In this document: piece after piece, positions 25,878-38,400 of the stretch
How positions within the stretch are numbered: the first letter of the stretch is position 1
Layout: each line of letters begins with the position of its first letter
Made by a program: the position numbers and the translations under genes
Virus record (IMG/VR): IMGVR_UViG_3300027747_002427
Length of the DNA: 64,000 nt
DNA from: a virus
Taxonomy: Duplodnaviria > Caudoviricetes
Reading direction: 5' to 3' (one strand)
The notes under the pieces: generated by a model
Databases searched by the model: none
Seen by the model: the letters and a program-made list of their open reading frames with translations, nothing else
What the model was told of the DNA's origin: nothing

Positions 25878-28800
25878 ATGTCTGCCTTTATTAAAATAAG
25901 TCCATCTAATTTTGGATATACTCATACAACTTCTTTATCCTTTTATCCGGATAACTATACCATAGCAAATTATACAGATTTTGTTTGGTCATTTGGAGAT
26001 AATACAAATTCTTTAGATATAACACCAACTCATATATATCAAAGTTCTGGAAAATTTAATGTCCAATTATATGCAACGGATCCATATGGTAATTCTGTAT
26101 TTTTAACATCTAGTGTAAACATAAATGGAATTTTAAGTGATAGAGATATTGGATATGCCAATGCAACTAATTTTAATTTTTCAATAGATCCAAATTATGC
26201 TAAAATATACAAAGCTGTATTATGGAATTTTGGAGATGGAGAAACTAGTCGTAATCCCTTTCCTTCTCATCAATATAAGACTCCAGGCAAATATAATGTT
26301 TACGCATCTGTTTATACAAATTCAGGAGGCTCTTATACCTATAGCAAGCAAATAGAAGTTAATTTATTTTTAAATGAATCTATATATTTTGACATAATAC
26401 CACCTCCTACGTTTGCTGGACACTTAAATCGCTATCCTTTTAAAATTAATATAACATCTTCAGACACCGGAGACCATTATATTGATCTAGGTTCTCAATT
26501 CTCTAAGTCTTATCAATATCAAGAACCAGAAAACAATTGGTCATTTTTAAGACCACAATGGAAATTTTTAGATCTAGATGGTAATCAAATTAATTCTATC
26601 AAAACTCAAGATACTATTATTAAAATTGATGATTCTGGAAATATAAACCCTAATGGTTATGTAATAGGAGTCACTGGTACTGCTCAATTCTATTTTGTAG
26701 ATGATCTTTATAACTCAGATTTATATCTACAAAAACAACCGTATAGTACTATTATAGCAACTCTACAAACTAGTGCTATAAGATCTATACATGACTCTTT
26801 AAATTCAGACAAGAAAACCCCAAGTTATTCTAATAGTCTAGCTTCTGTAACTCTTCCACATATATTCTCTTGGAGAGAACCAGATTATATTAGAATTTCC
26901 CAAAACGGAATAAATCCTATTTCTAATATTAGATTTATAGGACAACAAAATCCTATATTGATTGATTTTGGTTTTAACAAAATTTTCATAAATGATGATT
27001 TAATAGATGGTAATGGTGTCAAAACATCATCAGAATTTGAATTTCCAAATTATGTACCGTTTGATGATACAACAATGTTTGATCTTTTTAGTTCTACTAA
27101 AATACCAGTTTCTTTATCTGCTTATGATTTAAATGGAACAGAATTAGATTTTGTATATAGTCCATCAGCTATAAAATTTAATTTTAAAGACAAAGATGGA
27201 TTTAAAACTGGCGGATATTATAAGGGATCATTTGTTAATAAAAATAGCAGTATTGATTGTTATATTGAAGGAAGTGGATATTTTCCTATTCCAGATGTAT
27301 CATCCAAATACATAAGTCCAGTACTTTGGATTTCTAATCCTATGGCTGGTATGATGGGGACTGCACAATATTATTATAATAAAGGAGTTTCTGCAGTAAC
27401 TTTAAATTATTTAGATAAAGTCCATGTTAACAGCTTTAATTTGCCTATTATAGAATCTTTTAACGACGATACATTTTTTACAACTAATACCTTTGCAGTT
27501 TCTGGATTTCACGGAGTGTCTAATATAGCAGCATTACCGGGCCCATCTTACCATGCTTGGATGGTTGATTCTGAATTAAACAAATTATACAGAGTAAATT
27601 CTATTGGTGATATTTTAATAGATATAGATTTAAATGCGGTTTTAACTAAACTTAAATATAGTTCTATACCAGCTCCAAATTTTCTTATCCCTGATCAAGT
27701 ATCTCCTATGGGAATAGCATTGGATAGTCAAAAAAATATATGGGTAGCTTTTCATGACACCCCTTATGTATTTAAATTTGATAATTTAGGAAATTATATT
27801 ACCTATACAAATTTTAATAATATAGAAAATGTTGAGAATCCTAGATTTATAGAATGGTGGAGAGATCAATCAGATGCATATTCCATTTCTATGGCAACTG
27901 ATGATAATTATCCAATTCAACCTACATTCATAGAGACTGATTTAAATGACAATGTATGGGTTACTTATTCTAATCCATTTAGTGGATGGTTGGTAAAATA
28001 TCTATCTTCTGGTAATATATTAAATTCCGTACAATATGATGCTTATGTATCTCCTTTAGAAATAGTTTGTGATAACACAAATAACATTTGGGTTTGTACA
28101 GATCTAGCTCTTGGAGGAGGCTATTTAGAAAAAAGAGACACCAACGGTGTTTTATTGACTTCATACGGACCATTTGCTGGTATTAACCATTTAACTTTAG
28201 ATGTAAATCAAAATCCTTGGTTTACATTTAGTTATCAATGGGCTGGAATTATAAACTCCCAGACTGGAGAATTTTCTTCTATTAATGTAACAGATAATAG
28301 TTATTCTGATAAAATACCAGATTGGTTTTATCCAGATTATAATACAGAAGAAACTGCTTTAGAAGGTATTACATCAGATATTTTAGGTAAAATCTATATT
28401 ATAAATTCTATAGAAAATAAAGTATTTGTTATAAATTCTTCTACTCAAGTAATAGAAGACAGATTTAGATTAAACCCTAAAGGTTTTGTATATACATTAA
28501 GTGCTGAAAAAGCTCCTACTCAATTAGAATACAATCCTTGGAGTAAGTCTGCTAAAGCCGTTGGTGACTGGTCTGGGTTTAGGTGGATTAATAAATATCA
28601 AGCTCTAGATTACAATGATAGTTCTTATATAAATTATAATGGAGTAACTTACAAGGCTATTTCTGGAACAACATTACCTAACAATATATCATTCTACCCT
28701 CCAAATTATTATGATATTTTTAAAATAAATGAAAATTTTGATTTAGGTGAACAAATGAAATCTTTAGCTTTCATGCCATCATTATTAGAAAGTGAAAATT

Positions 28801-29555
28801 TATTTAATTTCTTAAAGGATATATACGGTCAAGCACCGTTTAAACACGATGACTTAGGTGTATTAACTTATGAAAAGATTGCAAATTTTGTATCTAATCA
28901 ATCCGATGTTGATACCTGTGATGTAGATTCTTTATATGATTTAGCTGCATCTGTTGATATGAATAGTGATGATTTTAGATTAAATTTTCCTTTAGCAATT
29001 AAGAGAGCTATGAATGTTCTTAGTGTAAATCAAAGCAGATTATTTGGCGGAGAAATGGATGATTCTCTTAATTTTAATTCTTATAACAAATATCATAATT
29101 TTAATAGAGGTGAGTTATTATCCTCTCTTTCTTATTCTGTAACAGCAGGTACACCAGTTTTACTCAAATCAAAATCTTTAAATTCTTATAAATTAATACC
29201 AACTGGTCAATTACATCTGAATCCAGATGACGTAGAAGATTATAATTTAATATCTTTAAACAAAAAGGGTAATGAAAATTATAGCTTAGATATTTTAGCT
29301 TATTCTCTTAATTTAGGAAATGATTGGCAAAGTTTTTATGAATTTTATGAATTCTTACCATCTCAAAATATTATCAATACCGATAATATTATAGATTGGG
29401 GTAATTTTAATGTAAACAAACAAAATTATATACAATTCTTAAAAAACCAAGAAGTAGGCGATTACCCGGATTCATATCTTGAATGGGATACCGATAATGG
29501 AATGATGGAATTTATTTTTACATATTTATTTTATAAAGGTTTAGGGTTTATTTAA
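25878..29555 (+). CDS. Large baseplate/tail protein with two PKD domains and a beta-propeller
   Basis: WSFGD..HIY..SGKFNV and WNFGDG..HQYKTPGKYNV PKD motifs; D..N.WV repeats; conserved-looking C-terminal KIANFVSN..DVDTCDVDSLY. Confidence 0.75.
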   Translation: MSAFIKISPSNFGYTHTTSLSFYPDNYTIANYTDFVWSFGDNTNSLDITPTHIYQSSGKFNVQLYATDPYGNSVFLTSSVNINGILSDRDIGYANATNFNFSIDPNYAKIYKAVLWNFGDGETSRNPFPSHQYKTPGKYNVYASVYTNSGGSYTYSKQIEVNLFLNESIYFDIIPPPTFAGHLNRYPFKINITSSDTGDHYIDLGSQFSKSYQYQEPENNWSFLRPQWKFLDLDGNQINSIKTQDTIIKIDDSGNINPNGYVIGVTGTAQFYFVDDLYNSDLYLQKQPYSTIIATLQTSAIRSIHDSLNSDKKTPSYSNSLASVTLPHIFSWREPDYIRISQNGINPISNIRFIGQQNPILIDFGFNKIFINDDLIDGNGVKTSSEFEFPNYVPFDDTTMFDLFSSTKIPVSLSAYDLNGTELDFVYSPSAIKFNFKDKDGFKTGGYYKGSFVNKNSSIDCYIEGSGYFPIPDVSSKYISPVLWISNPMAGMMGTAQYYYNKGVSAVTLNYLDKVHVNSFNLPIIESFNDDTFFTTNTFAVSGFHGVSNIAALPGPSYHAWMVDSELNKLYRVNSIGDILIDIDLNAVLTKLKYSSIPAPNFLIPDQVSPMGIALDSQKNIWVAFHDTPYVFKFDNLGNYITYTNFNNIENVENPRFIEWWRDQSDAYSISMATDDNYPIQPTFIETDLNDNVWVTYSNPFSGWLVKYLSSGNILNSVQYDAYVSPLEIVCDNTNNIWVCTDLALGGGYLEKRDTNGVLLTSYGPFAGINHLTLDVNQNPWFTFSYQWAGIINSQTGEFSSINVTDNSYSDKIPDWFYPDYNTEETALEGITSDILGKIYIINSIENKVFVINSSTQVIEDRFRLNPKGFVYTLSAEKAPTQLEYNPWSKSAKAVGDWSGFRWINKYQALDYNDSSYINYNGVTYKAISGTTLPNNISFYPPNYYDIFKINENFDLGEQMKSLAFMPSLLESENLFNFLKDIYGQAPFKHDDLGVLTYEKIANFVSNQSDVDTCDVDSLYDLAASVDMNSDDFRLNFPLAIKRAMNVLSVNQSRLFGGEMDDSLNFNSYNKYHNFNRGELLSSLSYSVTAGTPVLLKSKSLNSYKLIPTGQLHLNPDDVEDYNLISLNKKGNENYSLDILAYSLNLGNDWQSFYEFYEFLPSQNIINTDNIIDWGNFNVNKQNYIQFLKNQEVGDYPDSYLEWDTDNGMMEFIFTYLFYKGLGFI

Positions 29556-29593
29556 AAGGGGAAATTTGAATTTTCTTCATAATTATTATAGAC

Positions 29594-32500
29594 ATGGCAG
29601 ATTATACTATAACAAAACAAGGCAATTGGCCGGAAGAGTATTATAATATAGTACCAAACTACTATAATAGTGTTATAGTTGGATTAAGTGCCTTACAAGC
29701 TGAAAATCTTTTTAGATTCGTTAATAATCCTATTAGTGATATTAACAAAGTTCTCAATGTCTATAATCAAATTGATTTTAACTATGGTCCTGCTGTTCAA
29801 TATTTTATAGATCCGGATAATAGTTTAACAAAAATTACATCCTTTATAGATAATAATACCTTTACATGGAAACCATCTTCTTTAAGAAAATATAATGTTG
29901 GCCCGGTTTTTAATTATTTTTCAATTAATTTTGGCCCACAAGATTTACAAACAAAAGATGATATAACTTCAAAATTAAATTATAAGTCTTATTCTTTATA
30001 TCCGCAAAAACTTTTTCTTTACCCAATAGCTTTATCTAGTGATGGAACTTCTTTTTATTTAAGAACGTCAACTGTTTTTTTAAATGATACTACATTCTTT
30101 TTTAATTCTTCATCAGCAGAACAAGACGCTTATAACAGACATTTAGCATATACAACTTCAAAACCTTCAGTTACCAGTGTACGCAATAATAGCATTTCTT
30201 TTAATTTATTGTATAGTTTATCTGCATCAAAAAATATAGCTATTAATCCGGTTATTAAATTTACAGAAAATTATAATCCTGTAACTTTAAACATTTTATT
30301 AGAACCAAACAAAACCAATTTAAGAGCCGACTCTATATTTACTAAATTTAATAACACAGCTTTTTATGGAGACAAAGCTAATAATATCGGACAAGATTAT
30401 CCAGAAGAAACCCCAAATTTAAAACATGGTTTTAGATCTTCTTTTATTCATAATCTTAATTTAGAATCACCTAACACGACTACATTCCAATTAATCCAAA
30501 GTGGTATTAATACAGATTTGACCTTAGAAGATATTTCTAATTGTATTTTATCTGCTTCTATAAATTTAAGTACTACTAATCTAAAATATAAAAGTCTATA
30601 TTATTTAGATGCTAATAGAAATCCTGTAAATATTCTTCAAGGAGTTCCAGAAAAAAGTGTACAAGTAAAATACGTAGCAGAATCTCCTTATCATTTTGAT
30701 GCAACATCACCGGTTTATAACAATCAAACAACTTTAAGAAGTGCTTCTGGTCTTAATGATTTTAATGCATTTATTTCGGATGGTACTACACCATTTGATA
30801 ATATGATATGGAAAATTCCATATTCACCACATTATTATACTTTTAAAACTGCTTTTTCTAGTGCCAATTTTAAAGGAGTTAATGACGTAACTAATTTAAA
30901 TTTTTCTCTTTCTTCTTGGACTACACGATCTACAATTTCATCTATTTATCTATCCTCTTGTTTATCTTCTAATTTTAATATTTTAAATTTGGATTTACCA
31001 ACATTTGCACCAAGTGATTATATTTCTTTAAATGTTATAGATTTATCATCTTCTAATGCTTATCTATTAAATCATGTATATTGTTATTATGGCTCAAATT
31101 TAGATTTGCAATATGATTTAGTTAATTCTCCCTTTGTACCTACCACTCAAGCTCCTCAATTTTTATTAATTTATGACCCGTCATCTCACGGAGAAATTGA
31201 TTTAACCTTTAGAACATCTTTAAGTAGTACAATTTTTAATTATAGATCTGATTGTACAACCGCTAATGTATTGAAATTTGGTCAAGGGATTGTTCAAGGT
31301 AATCCTGGATATCCCATATCTTTAAAAGTATTGCAAGAAGAACAAAATAAAATTGTTTTAGATTGTTCAGACTTAGTTGTATTTCCAAATTTTCCTGCCA
31401 GAGATTTAACTAACTCTTTAATATCTTGGAATTTTACTTCAACATCACCTCTTTCTTCTAGAGTATCTTTACAATCTGTAGATCAATCTGGTAGAGTTGT
31501 TTCAACTATTAGTCCTAATAGTGCCATAAGATTTAACAGCTCCACTTGGACAATTGCCGTGTCTGGATATGGACCAGATACAACTACAATAATTTTATCT
31601 TCTCAAAAATATAACGAAACTGCCAAAGCAATTACTAATCCAAATCTATTTGATTATTTATCTGAAGGAAAATTTCAAGTTGGATTGTTATCAGCTTTTA
31701 ATGCCAATAGAATTACAAATATATCATTAACAGCTGCAGTGCCTATTAAAGGCACATTATACAATATACCCCAAGATATTCCTATGTATTGGACCTGGAG
31801 TTATGACGGCGTTATATATGATTCTCAAAAAGTTTCACCCGTCACAGCATATGACCTTTTCAATAATATATACAAAGGCTCAAATAATTTTTCAAATAAT
31901 TTAAGCGGCATAAATTTTTCTATAAGTTTAAGCTCTTCTTTAAATGCCTTCAATGATCATTATCTTAGTTTATCAGCTATATCTCATTACAAAAATAACA
32001 ATGTTTTAGGTACATTAAATCTAACAATTAAAGATCATCCAGATAATAGTATATATAATACATATTTTAATACAACATATCAAGATAGAACTTCTTTAAT
32101 TTTAGCAAACGCCAATGATAAAAATGTTGTTACTCGTCCGCAAGAAAATTTAAATAATTATGCTTTTTATGGTAATACAAATGTATTACCCAAGATTAGT
32201 GCTTCTTCTTTTAAATGGTCTATAGCTAATGATTTAGGATATTATTATTCCTTATCTTCTACAAAATTTAGTGATATATCAAGTATTAAACATTCCATAC
32301 AAAATGGAGCTAGAACTACAAGAATAGGTTTAAGTGCTTATGATGCTACTATTCCTGGATGGAATATTGCTCACAACATTAAATCTCACACAACAATTTA
32401 TACAATTCCAAGTAGTGAATTTTTCACACCTACAAAATTTATTGTATATCCACCTTACACCTGGCGACAAGGCAATAGTGGTTTAATAACTATATTAGAT

Positions 32501-35455
32501 GGCTCTAATTTTACATTAGCGCAAGCTCCTACAGCTTATAGATATACAAAGACTTCTTCGCAACCTTTTTATCTTTCTGCTAACAAGGTAGCAATTTCTT
32601 ATGAATATACATATGGATCTGATCAAATTTTCTTAGCTGCTAATTCTTCTAATAATTTTTCTGCAAGTATTCCATATGATCGCAATAACCAAGAAATATA
32701 TTCCCTATCCGGCATAAGTTTATCTTTATCTGCTTTTAATGGGATGTTTCCCAAAGTCAATGGTTTGACTTATTATGGTTTAACGAGCAATGGAAGTTTG
32801 ACCGGGTCCTATACAGGTAATTTTGCTATAACGTCTCAAACAATTCCAGCTAGAAATGCTATATATGGTTCAACTAGTGCTTTAAGTGCTTTTTACCAAA
32901 ACCCTCGACTTGTAGATTTTCAAACAATGACATTGAGAGCTTCGGCTGTAGACACTGCCATTGTTTTTGACTACAATACTGTAACACAATTAGGAGTACA
33001 ATTTACACCTATTACCGCTATTAATTTAGAAGACAATCTTTTTGTCGGAGTATTACAAACTTTAACACCAGCAAATTCTTCTAATAGCCCTGTTAGATCA
33101 ACTCAAGATTTTAATAAAGGAGTAGTTACATATACTTTATCTTCTAAAGAAGGTGGATGGCTTGGTCATATTGATGTACCAGCTGTTAATGGCTTGTATG
33201 ATTTATTTATTTTAAACGTAGGAGACGCTTCTATACCGTTTAATGTAAGTCCTTATAAATTTAATTCTTTAGTATTAACAGCCAGTGCTACAGTTCCAAT
33301 TTCTATACCTTCTAGTACATTTAACGGATATACAACAGCTCAATATTCTGGAAGTAGAGACTTGTGGAGTACAATATATCAAGTAATTTCATCAGAAAGA
33401 CATTCTTTAGTAGCATATAGTACTAGTGTAAAACCAGAAATATATCTTTCATCTTATTATGCTTTAACCGGAGACTCTATAAGAATAGAATTTGAAACTC
33501 CAGAATTGGCAAAAGAAATTGAAAATGTAGAAATTGTATCTTACAATATATATTTCGGTGATGGATTATCTGCCCAACATTTAATAAATGATGTTGTATA
33601 TCACTCTTATGATTCCAAAGGAGTTTACATACTTTCTTATGATGTAAATTATAATAATGGTCTCACTCGTAGCTTTACGTTACAACAACATCCTATAACA
33701 GTTTTTAATAGATGGCCAACATATAACCAGTCTGAAATACGTTTATTGTCTGAAGCTCAACTTACATTGCCTTGGACACTAGATCAAATTTATATACAAC
33801 CTAATGAATTCGGTGAAGCTGATATATTCAATACATCTATTAGCCGTCTTAATGATAATCTAACATATCTAAAAAATAATATACAAACCATTAACACGGA
33901 TGCTCCTACATTGTATTATGGTTGGCTTGGATGTAATACAAAAGATTTAGCAAGAGGCATACAATGGCATACTTTAGATTTCCATAATTTACATTATAAT
34001 AATACAAATTATGCTACTTCTAACGGATTTTCTTATTTTTCAAATATAAGAGACTTCGTAGAAACAGATAATGAAATACTAGTGTTAGATGGTAAAAATT
34101 TAAGAGCATTTTCTGCGGCTAAAATACCAACGGAAATAATATTTGATAATAATCTCCAAATTAAACAATTATTAGTCAATCCAGTGTCTATAGATTATGA
34201 CGGAGATAATAACAATTTATATTTGGTAGATAACTATAAAAACAAAGTTTATAAATTTAATTTAAGTTTTGATTACATATCAGAAATTAATATTCAATTG
34301 GCTGTTGGTGGATTTGGTACTATAAACGATTCTAATAAATTTAATGCCCCTTCTGAAGTATTGTATAGCAATGATAATGTATTTGTTTTGGATTACGGTA
34401 ATCGTTGTGTCAAACAATATACTCAAGATTTAAATTGGATTTATACATATTACACAGAAGAATTTGCAACCAATATACCTTCTAATATAGCCATACACCC
34501 TACAACGACATTACCTTATGTTGCCACAAACAATTACAAAATTTATGTATTTGATCACATGGGATCAGTTGTGAGTAATTTTACTTTATACGAAGCTAGA
34601 ACAGAAGGTCATAAAATAGTCAAAATTTTATTTGATCAAGGAGGCGATTTCTTTTATGTTGTAACAACAAAAAATATATTTAAATATTCTATTGTAGGTA
34701 CTTTTATATCTATAGTAAACATTCCTTATGGAAGTTTAAATAATTCTAATGGAGCTATATTAAATTACACATCTGGAAAATATTTTTCTCATAGATCTTT
34801 ATCTTTTTCAACAAATAATAGTATAATAAGATGTCAGGATATAGTAACTTTATTCAAAGTTGGAGAAGGTCTTCCTTATGAATATTGGACAGAAGATCAA
34901 TTACTAGTAGGTAGAGATGAATTTGCTCAAGACATAGTTTATAATAGAACATTTACTCGATTAGTCCAAAATATTAAATCTTTTAGAAATACAATGGATT
35001 CTCGTTTTATTATAGCAACAGAACAGACTCCTTATGGAACTGTAAGGTATTTTGCCAAATCACCAATAGCCGTTGCTAGTAGACCAATATTTTCAAGTGA
35101 TATAGAAAATGAAACAATAAAAGTAGGCGTTAATGAATTTAATGTGCCTCAAGTTATTAATAGAGAATTGAAAAAAATATATGAAGCTTTACAATATTTA
35201 ACTGGATATCTTTCTATTACAGATGTTAGACTTTTGAGCGGAATTAATACTGGATGCACGGATCCATTTTGTTGGTCCTGGAAATCTATGTCTTGTTACA
35301 ACCTCTCTTTACCTGTAGTAAGAATATGTAATATCAACCCTATTACCTATGCAGAATTAGAGTCTTCTTATCCAAGCACTTATGTATATGCCCCTTCTAA
35401 TACTTGGGGATCTGCTACGTCACATTGTTGTGATCAAAATGTCAGTCCAATTTGA
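29594..35455 (+). CDS. Giant virion protein (1953 aa) with PKD, NHL-type beta-propeller and Cys-rich C-terminus
   Basis: YFGDG..HSY..GVY PKD; LYLVDNYKNKVYKF and FNAPSEV..VFVLDYGNRCVKQY NHL repeats; CTDPFCWSW..C..C..WG..CC tail. Confidence 0.75.
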   Translation: MADYTITKQGNWPEEYYNIVPNYYNSVIVGLSALQAENLFRFVNNPISDINKVLNVYNQIDFNYGPAVQYFIDPDNSLTKITSFIDNNTFTWKPSSLRKYNVGPVFNYFSINFGPQDLQTKDDITSKLNYKSYSLYPQKLFLYPIALSSDGTSFYLRTSTVFLNDTTFFFNSSSAEQDAYNRHLAYTTSKPSVTSVRNNSISFNLLYSLSASKNIAINPVIKFTENYNPVTLNILLEPNKTNLRADSIFTKFNNTAFYGDKANNIGQDYPEETPNLKHGFRSSFIHNLNLESPNTTTFQLIQSGINTDLTLEDISNCILSASINLSTTNLKYKSLYYLDANRNPVNILQGVPEKSVQVKYVAESPYHFDATSPVYNNQTTLRSASGLNDFNAFISDGTTPFDNMIWKIPYSPHYYTFKTAFSSANFKGVNDVTNLNFSLSSWTTRSTISSIYLSSCLSSNFNILNLDLPTFAPSDYISLNVIDLSSSNAYLLNHVYCYYGSNLDLQYDLVNSPFVPTTQAPQFLLIYDPSSHGEIDLTFRTSLSSTIFNYRSDCTTANVLKFGQGIVQGNPGYPISLKVLQEEQNKIVLDCSDLVVFPNFPARDLTNSLISWNFTSTSPLSSRVSLQSVDQSGRVVSTISPNSAIRFNSSTWTIAVSGYGPDTTTIILSSQKYNETAKAITNPNLFDYLSEGKFQVGLLSAFNANRITNISLTAAVPIKGTLYNIPQDIPMYWTWSYDGVIYDSQKVSPVTAYDLFNNIYKGSNNFSNNLSGINFSISLSSSLNAFNDHYLSLSAISHYKNNNVLGTLNLTIKDHPDNSIYNTYFNTTYQDRTSLILANANDKNVVTRPQENLNNYAFYGNTNVLPKISASSFKWSIANDLGYYYSLSSTKFSDISSIKHSIQNGARTTRIGLSAYDATIPGWNIAHNIKSHTTIYTIPSSEFFTPTKFIVYPPYTWRQGNSGLITILDGSNFTLAQAPTAYRYTKTSSQPFYLSANKVAISYEYTYGSDQIFLAANSSNNFSASIPYDRNNQEIYSLSGISLSLSAFNGMFPKVNGLTYYGLTSNGSLTGSYTGNFAITSQTIPARNAIYGSTSALSAFYQNPRLVDFQTMTLRASAVDTAIVFDYNTVTQLGVQFTPITAINLEDNLFVGVLQTLTPANSSNSPVRSTQDFNKGVVTYTLSSKEGGWLGHIDVPAVNGLYDLFILNVGDASIPFNVSPYKFNSLVLTASATVPISIPSSTFNGYTTAQYSGSRDLWSTIYQVISSERHSLVAYSTSVKPEIYLSSYYALTGDSIRIEFETPELAKEIENVEIVSYNIYFGDGLSAQHLINDVVYHSYDSKGVYILSYDVNYNNGLTRSFTLQQHPITVFNRWPTYNQSEIRLLSEAQLTLPWTLDQIYIQPNEFGEADIFNTSISRLNDNLTYLKNNIQTINTDAPTLYYGWLGCNTKDLARGIQWHTLDFHNLHYNNTNYATSNGFSYFSNIRDFVETDNEILVLDGKNLRAFSAAKIPTEIIFDNNLQIKQLLVNPVSIDYDGDNNNLYLVDNYKNKVYKFNLSFDYISEINIQLAVGGFGTINDSNKFNAPSEVLYSNDNVFVLDYGNRCVKQYTQDLNWIYTYYTEEFATNIPSNIAIHPTTTLPYVATNNYKIYVFDHMGSVVSNFTLYEARTEGHKIVKILFDQGGDFFYVVTTKNIFKYSIVGTFISIVNIPYGSLNNSNGAILNYTSGKYFSHRSLSFSTNNSIIRCQDIVTLFKVGEGLPYEYWTEDQLLVGRDEFAQDIVYNRTFTRLVQNIKSFRNTMDSRFIIATEQTPYGTVRYFAKSPIAVASRPIFSSDIENETIKVGVNEFNVPQVINRELKKIYEALQYLTGYLSITDVRLLSGINTGCTDPFCWSWKSMSCYNLSLPVVRICNINPITYAELESSYPSTYVYAPSNTWGSATSHCCDQNVSPI

Positions 35456-35461
35456 TAAATA
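35456..35461 (+). promoter_or_regulatory. Late promoter core TAAATA
   Basis: 9 nt upstream of ATG 35471. Confidence 0.55.
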
Positions 35462-35470
35462 TTATTACTA

Positions 35471-38400
35471 ATGAGACCCATATCAAAATATCACCGCCAG
35501 AATCACCATACCTATACTTCAGATACTAATCCTGATGCGGGTCACGATCCTATAGCTAGTTATGATAATCCGTTTAGAGGTGATTTCGTATTAACAGGTG
35601 CTCTTAGTGCTATAGTTCCTCCAACTAGTGCCTATGCTGCAGTTTTCTTAGGTAGTAATGTTGGTGTAGGAACCGGTTCTCCTAATCAATTATTAACTGT
35701 TGCGGGAAATGTAAGTGCTTCTGGAGATTTAAACGTGGATGGAGATTTAGCTTTACAAGGTAGTTTTTTAACTAATTCCGATTTAAGAGCTAATAAAAAT
35801 CTTTTTGTAACTAATAACATATATGGCCTAGGTAGTTTAAGTGTCTCACAAGGAGCTTCAATTTCCAGGGCATTAACCGTAACTGCAACCGCTTCAGCAT
35901 ATACTTCTAGTTTCATGGGAGCTAATGTGGGTATAGCAACAATAGTTCCAAAATACCCATTACACGTTAATGGTAATACTTGGACTCAAGGCAATGCGTA
36001 TGTAACTGGAAATCTTTTCCTTAGTGGCGGTGTTATTTCAAGTACAACGGAAATGATTAGTAGCAGGGGATTAGACATTGTAAATTATAGTGGATCAACG
36101 ACAACATTAATGCTTAGACAAAGTGGTTATCAACCAATGTTTGTGGCAATGGCACAAGCTGCAACTGCTTTTTATATAGACGGAGATGTTACTGGAGGAT
36201 TTGTTGGCATTGGTTGCACTGCTCCTAATGCAAATTTAACTGTAAATGGAAATATTAGTTCTAGTTCTACTATTTGGACTACGATTTTATCAGCTAATGG
36301 TATAAATCTAGTTAATGGACAAGCCAATGATTTTAAAAGTCCTTCTATTTTTATTGGAGAAAATTTAAATAATTCTATTTCTGGATTTAATATAAAATAC
36401 GATGAATTAGTAGATAAACTTGTTGTTACAACGGTGTTTGGAACCACACCAAGTATTTCATCTATAGTAATAACCAACACATCTAATATTGGTATAAATA
36501 CGCCAAATCCAAATGCAGTTTTAACAATCAATGGAGATATCAGTGCCAATAATCGTATTATAGCTGGTTATAATAATTCAGCATCTAATTGCTCTAGCGT
36601 GTTAGGTGGTTGTAATAATAATGCAGATGGTGCTAATTCTTTCATTGGTGGCGGTGTAACAAATTTATCAAACGGAACTCATTCCGTTGTATTAGGTGGC
36701 TGTATAAATTGTTCTCCTGGAGATTCTTCATCAGTAACTGGTGGAAAATTAAATTGTGCCACAGGAAATTTTTCACATATAGGCGGCGGCTGTTCTAACG
36801 TATCTAGTGGTTGTTATGCCGCATTAGGAGGAGGGTTTGATAGTACAGCTTCTGGTAATTATTCCTTTGTAGGAAGTGGATATCAAAATACAGCTTCTGG
36901 TAAGAATACATCCGTAGTAGGAGGCAAAGCCAATACTGCATCAGCTTGTTATTCATTTATTGCTGGTGGTAATAGTAATACTTCTGCTTATTGCAATACA
37001 TTTATTTTAGGATCTAATTTAACTGCAAGTAGTAAAGATTACACATATGTTAATAATATCAGTTCTCAAGGAGCTGTGTGTGGAACTTATTACGGTGATG
37101 GATCTTTATTAACTGGTATTCATGCTTGTGGAAGTCCCTTTACAACTGGTAGCACTTTATCTTCTATAAAACCATTTGATGGATGTAATTGTGTTACTGC
37201 TGCTGGTTGTTTCTCTTCTATAGGTGGAGGGCGTTGTAATTGTATATCTCAAACGCATTCAACAATCAGTGGTGGATATAATAATAAAATAGCAAATGCT
37301 TGTTCTGTTATTGCTGGTGGTCGCTTGAATTGTATTACTTCAACTTATTCATTCATTGGAGGTGGTATATCTAACAGAGCAGACGGTTCTACCAATGCCA
37401 TCATAGGTGGATCTAATAATTGTGCCACTTCAGACGCGGGTAATTCTTTTATTGGTGGCGGATATTATAATATAGTGGATGCCAATTATACAGTAATTGG
37501 TGGTGGAACAAATAATTGCACAGGTTGCACAAGCTCTGTTGTAGCCGGCGGATCAATCAATTGTGCAATGGGTTGTTTCTCTATAGTGGCAGGAGGATGT
37601 AGCAATACAGCAAATCAAAACTATACTGGTATTTTAGGTGGATGTTGCAATACTACAAATCATCAAAATACATTTATCTTAGGTTCTAACTTAACAACAG
37701 CACAAGCAAATTACACTTATGTAAATAATTTAAGTTCTCAGGGCAACATTGTAGCTCGAACTTTAACTGTTAATAAAGACATTAATGTCACTGGATTTGT
37801 TAAGAATAGACCTCGCAAGGCTATGGTGAGTGGTACCGTAAGAGCTATCTTCATTAAAACTGGAGGAACTGGATATGGCTCTGCTCCTAATGTTTCTATA
37901 AGCGCACCGACAGATACAACAGACACAGAACAAGCAACAGCACACGCAATAATTCAGAATGGAAAAGTTGTTAATATAGTAATAGATAACCCGGGTAGAG
38001 GATATTTAGAAGACCCTACAATAAACATAGTTGGCGGCGGCGGTGGAGGTGCTGCAGCATTCGCAATAGCTACAATTGGTGGACATGCTTATTATAATAA
38101 TAGATATAGTCATGCAACTGGAATTTTAGGAGAAGCATCTTCTCAAACAGATCAAACTAGATTATATGTAGCTGGATTTAATTACTACGGCAGTTTACCT
38201 ACAGGATATTACGGAACAAGTTATAATTCATCACCAGTTTCTGTAGCTATAAGTGATAGTGATCTTAATGTAAATGAAATTGTAAAATATTGGATGCCTG
38301 GTGATCGTATGTATGTTTTAGATTCAACTGGTACATTATGGGGAACTGGTATAAACGTCCATGGAGAATTGGGAGTAGGAACTACAATACATCAAACAAG

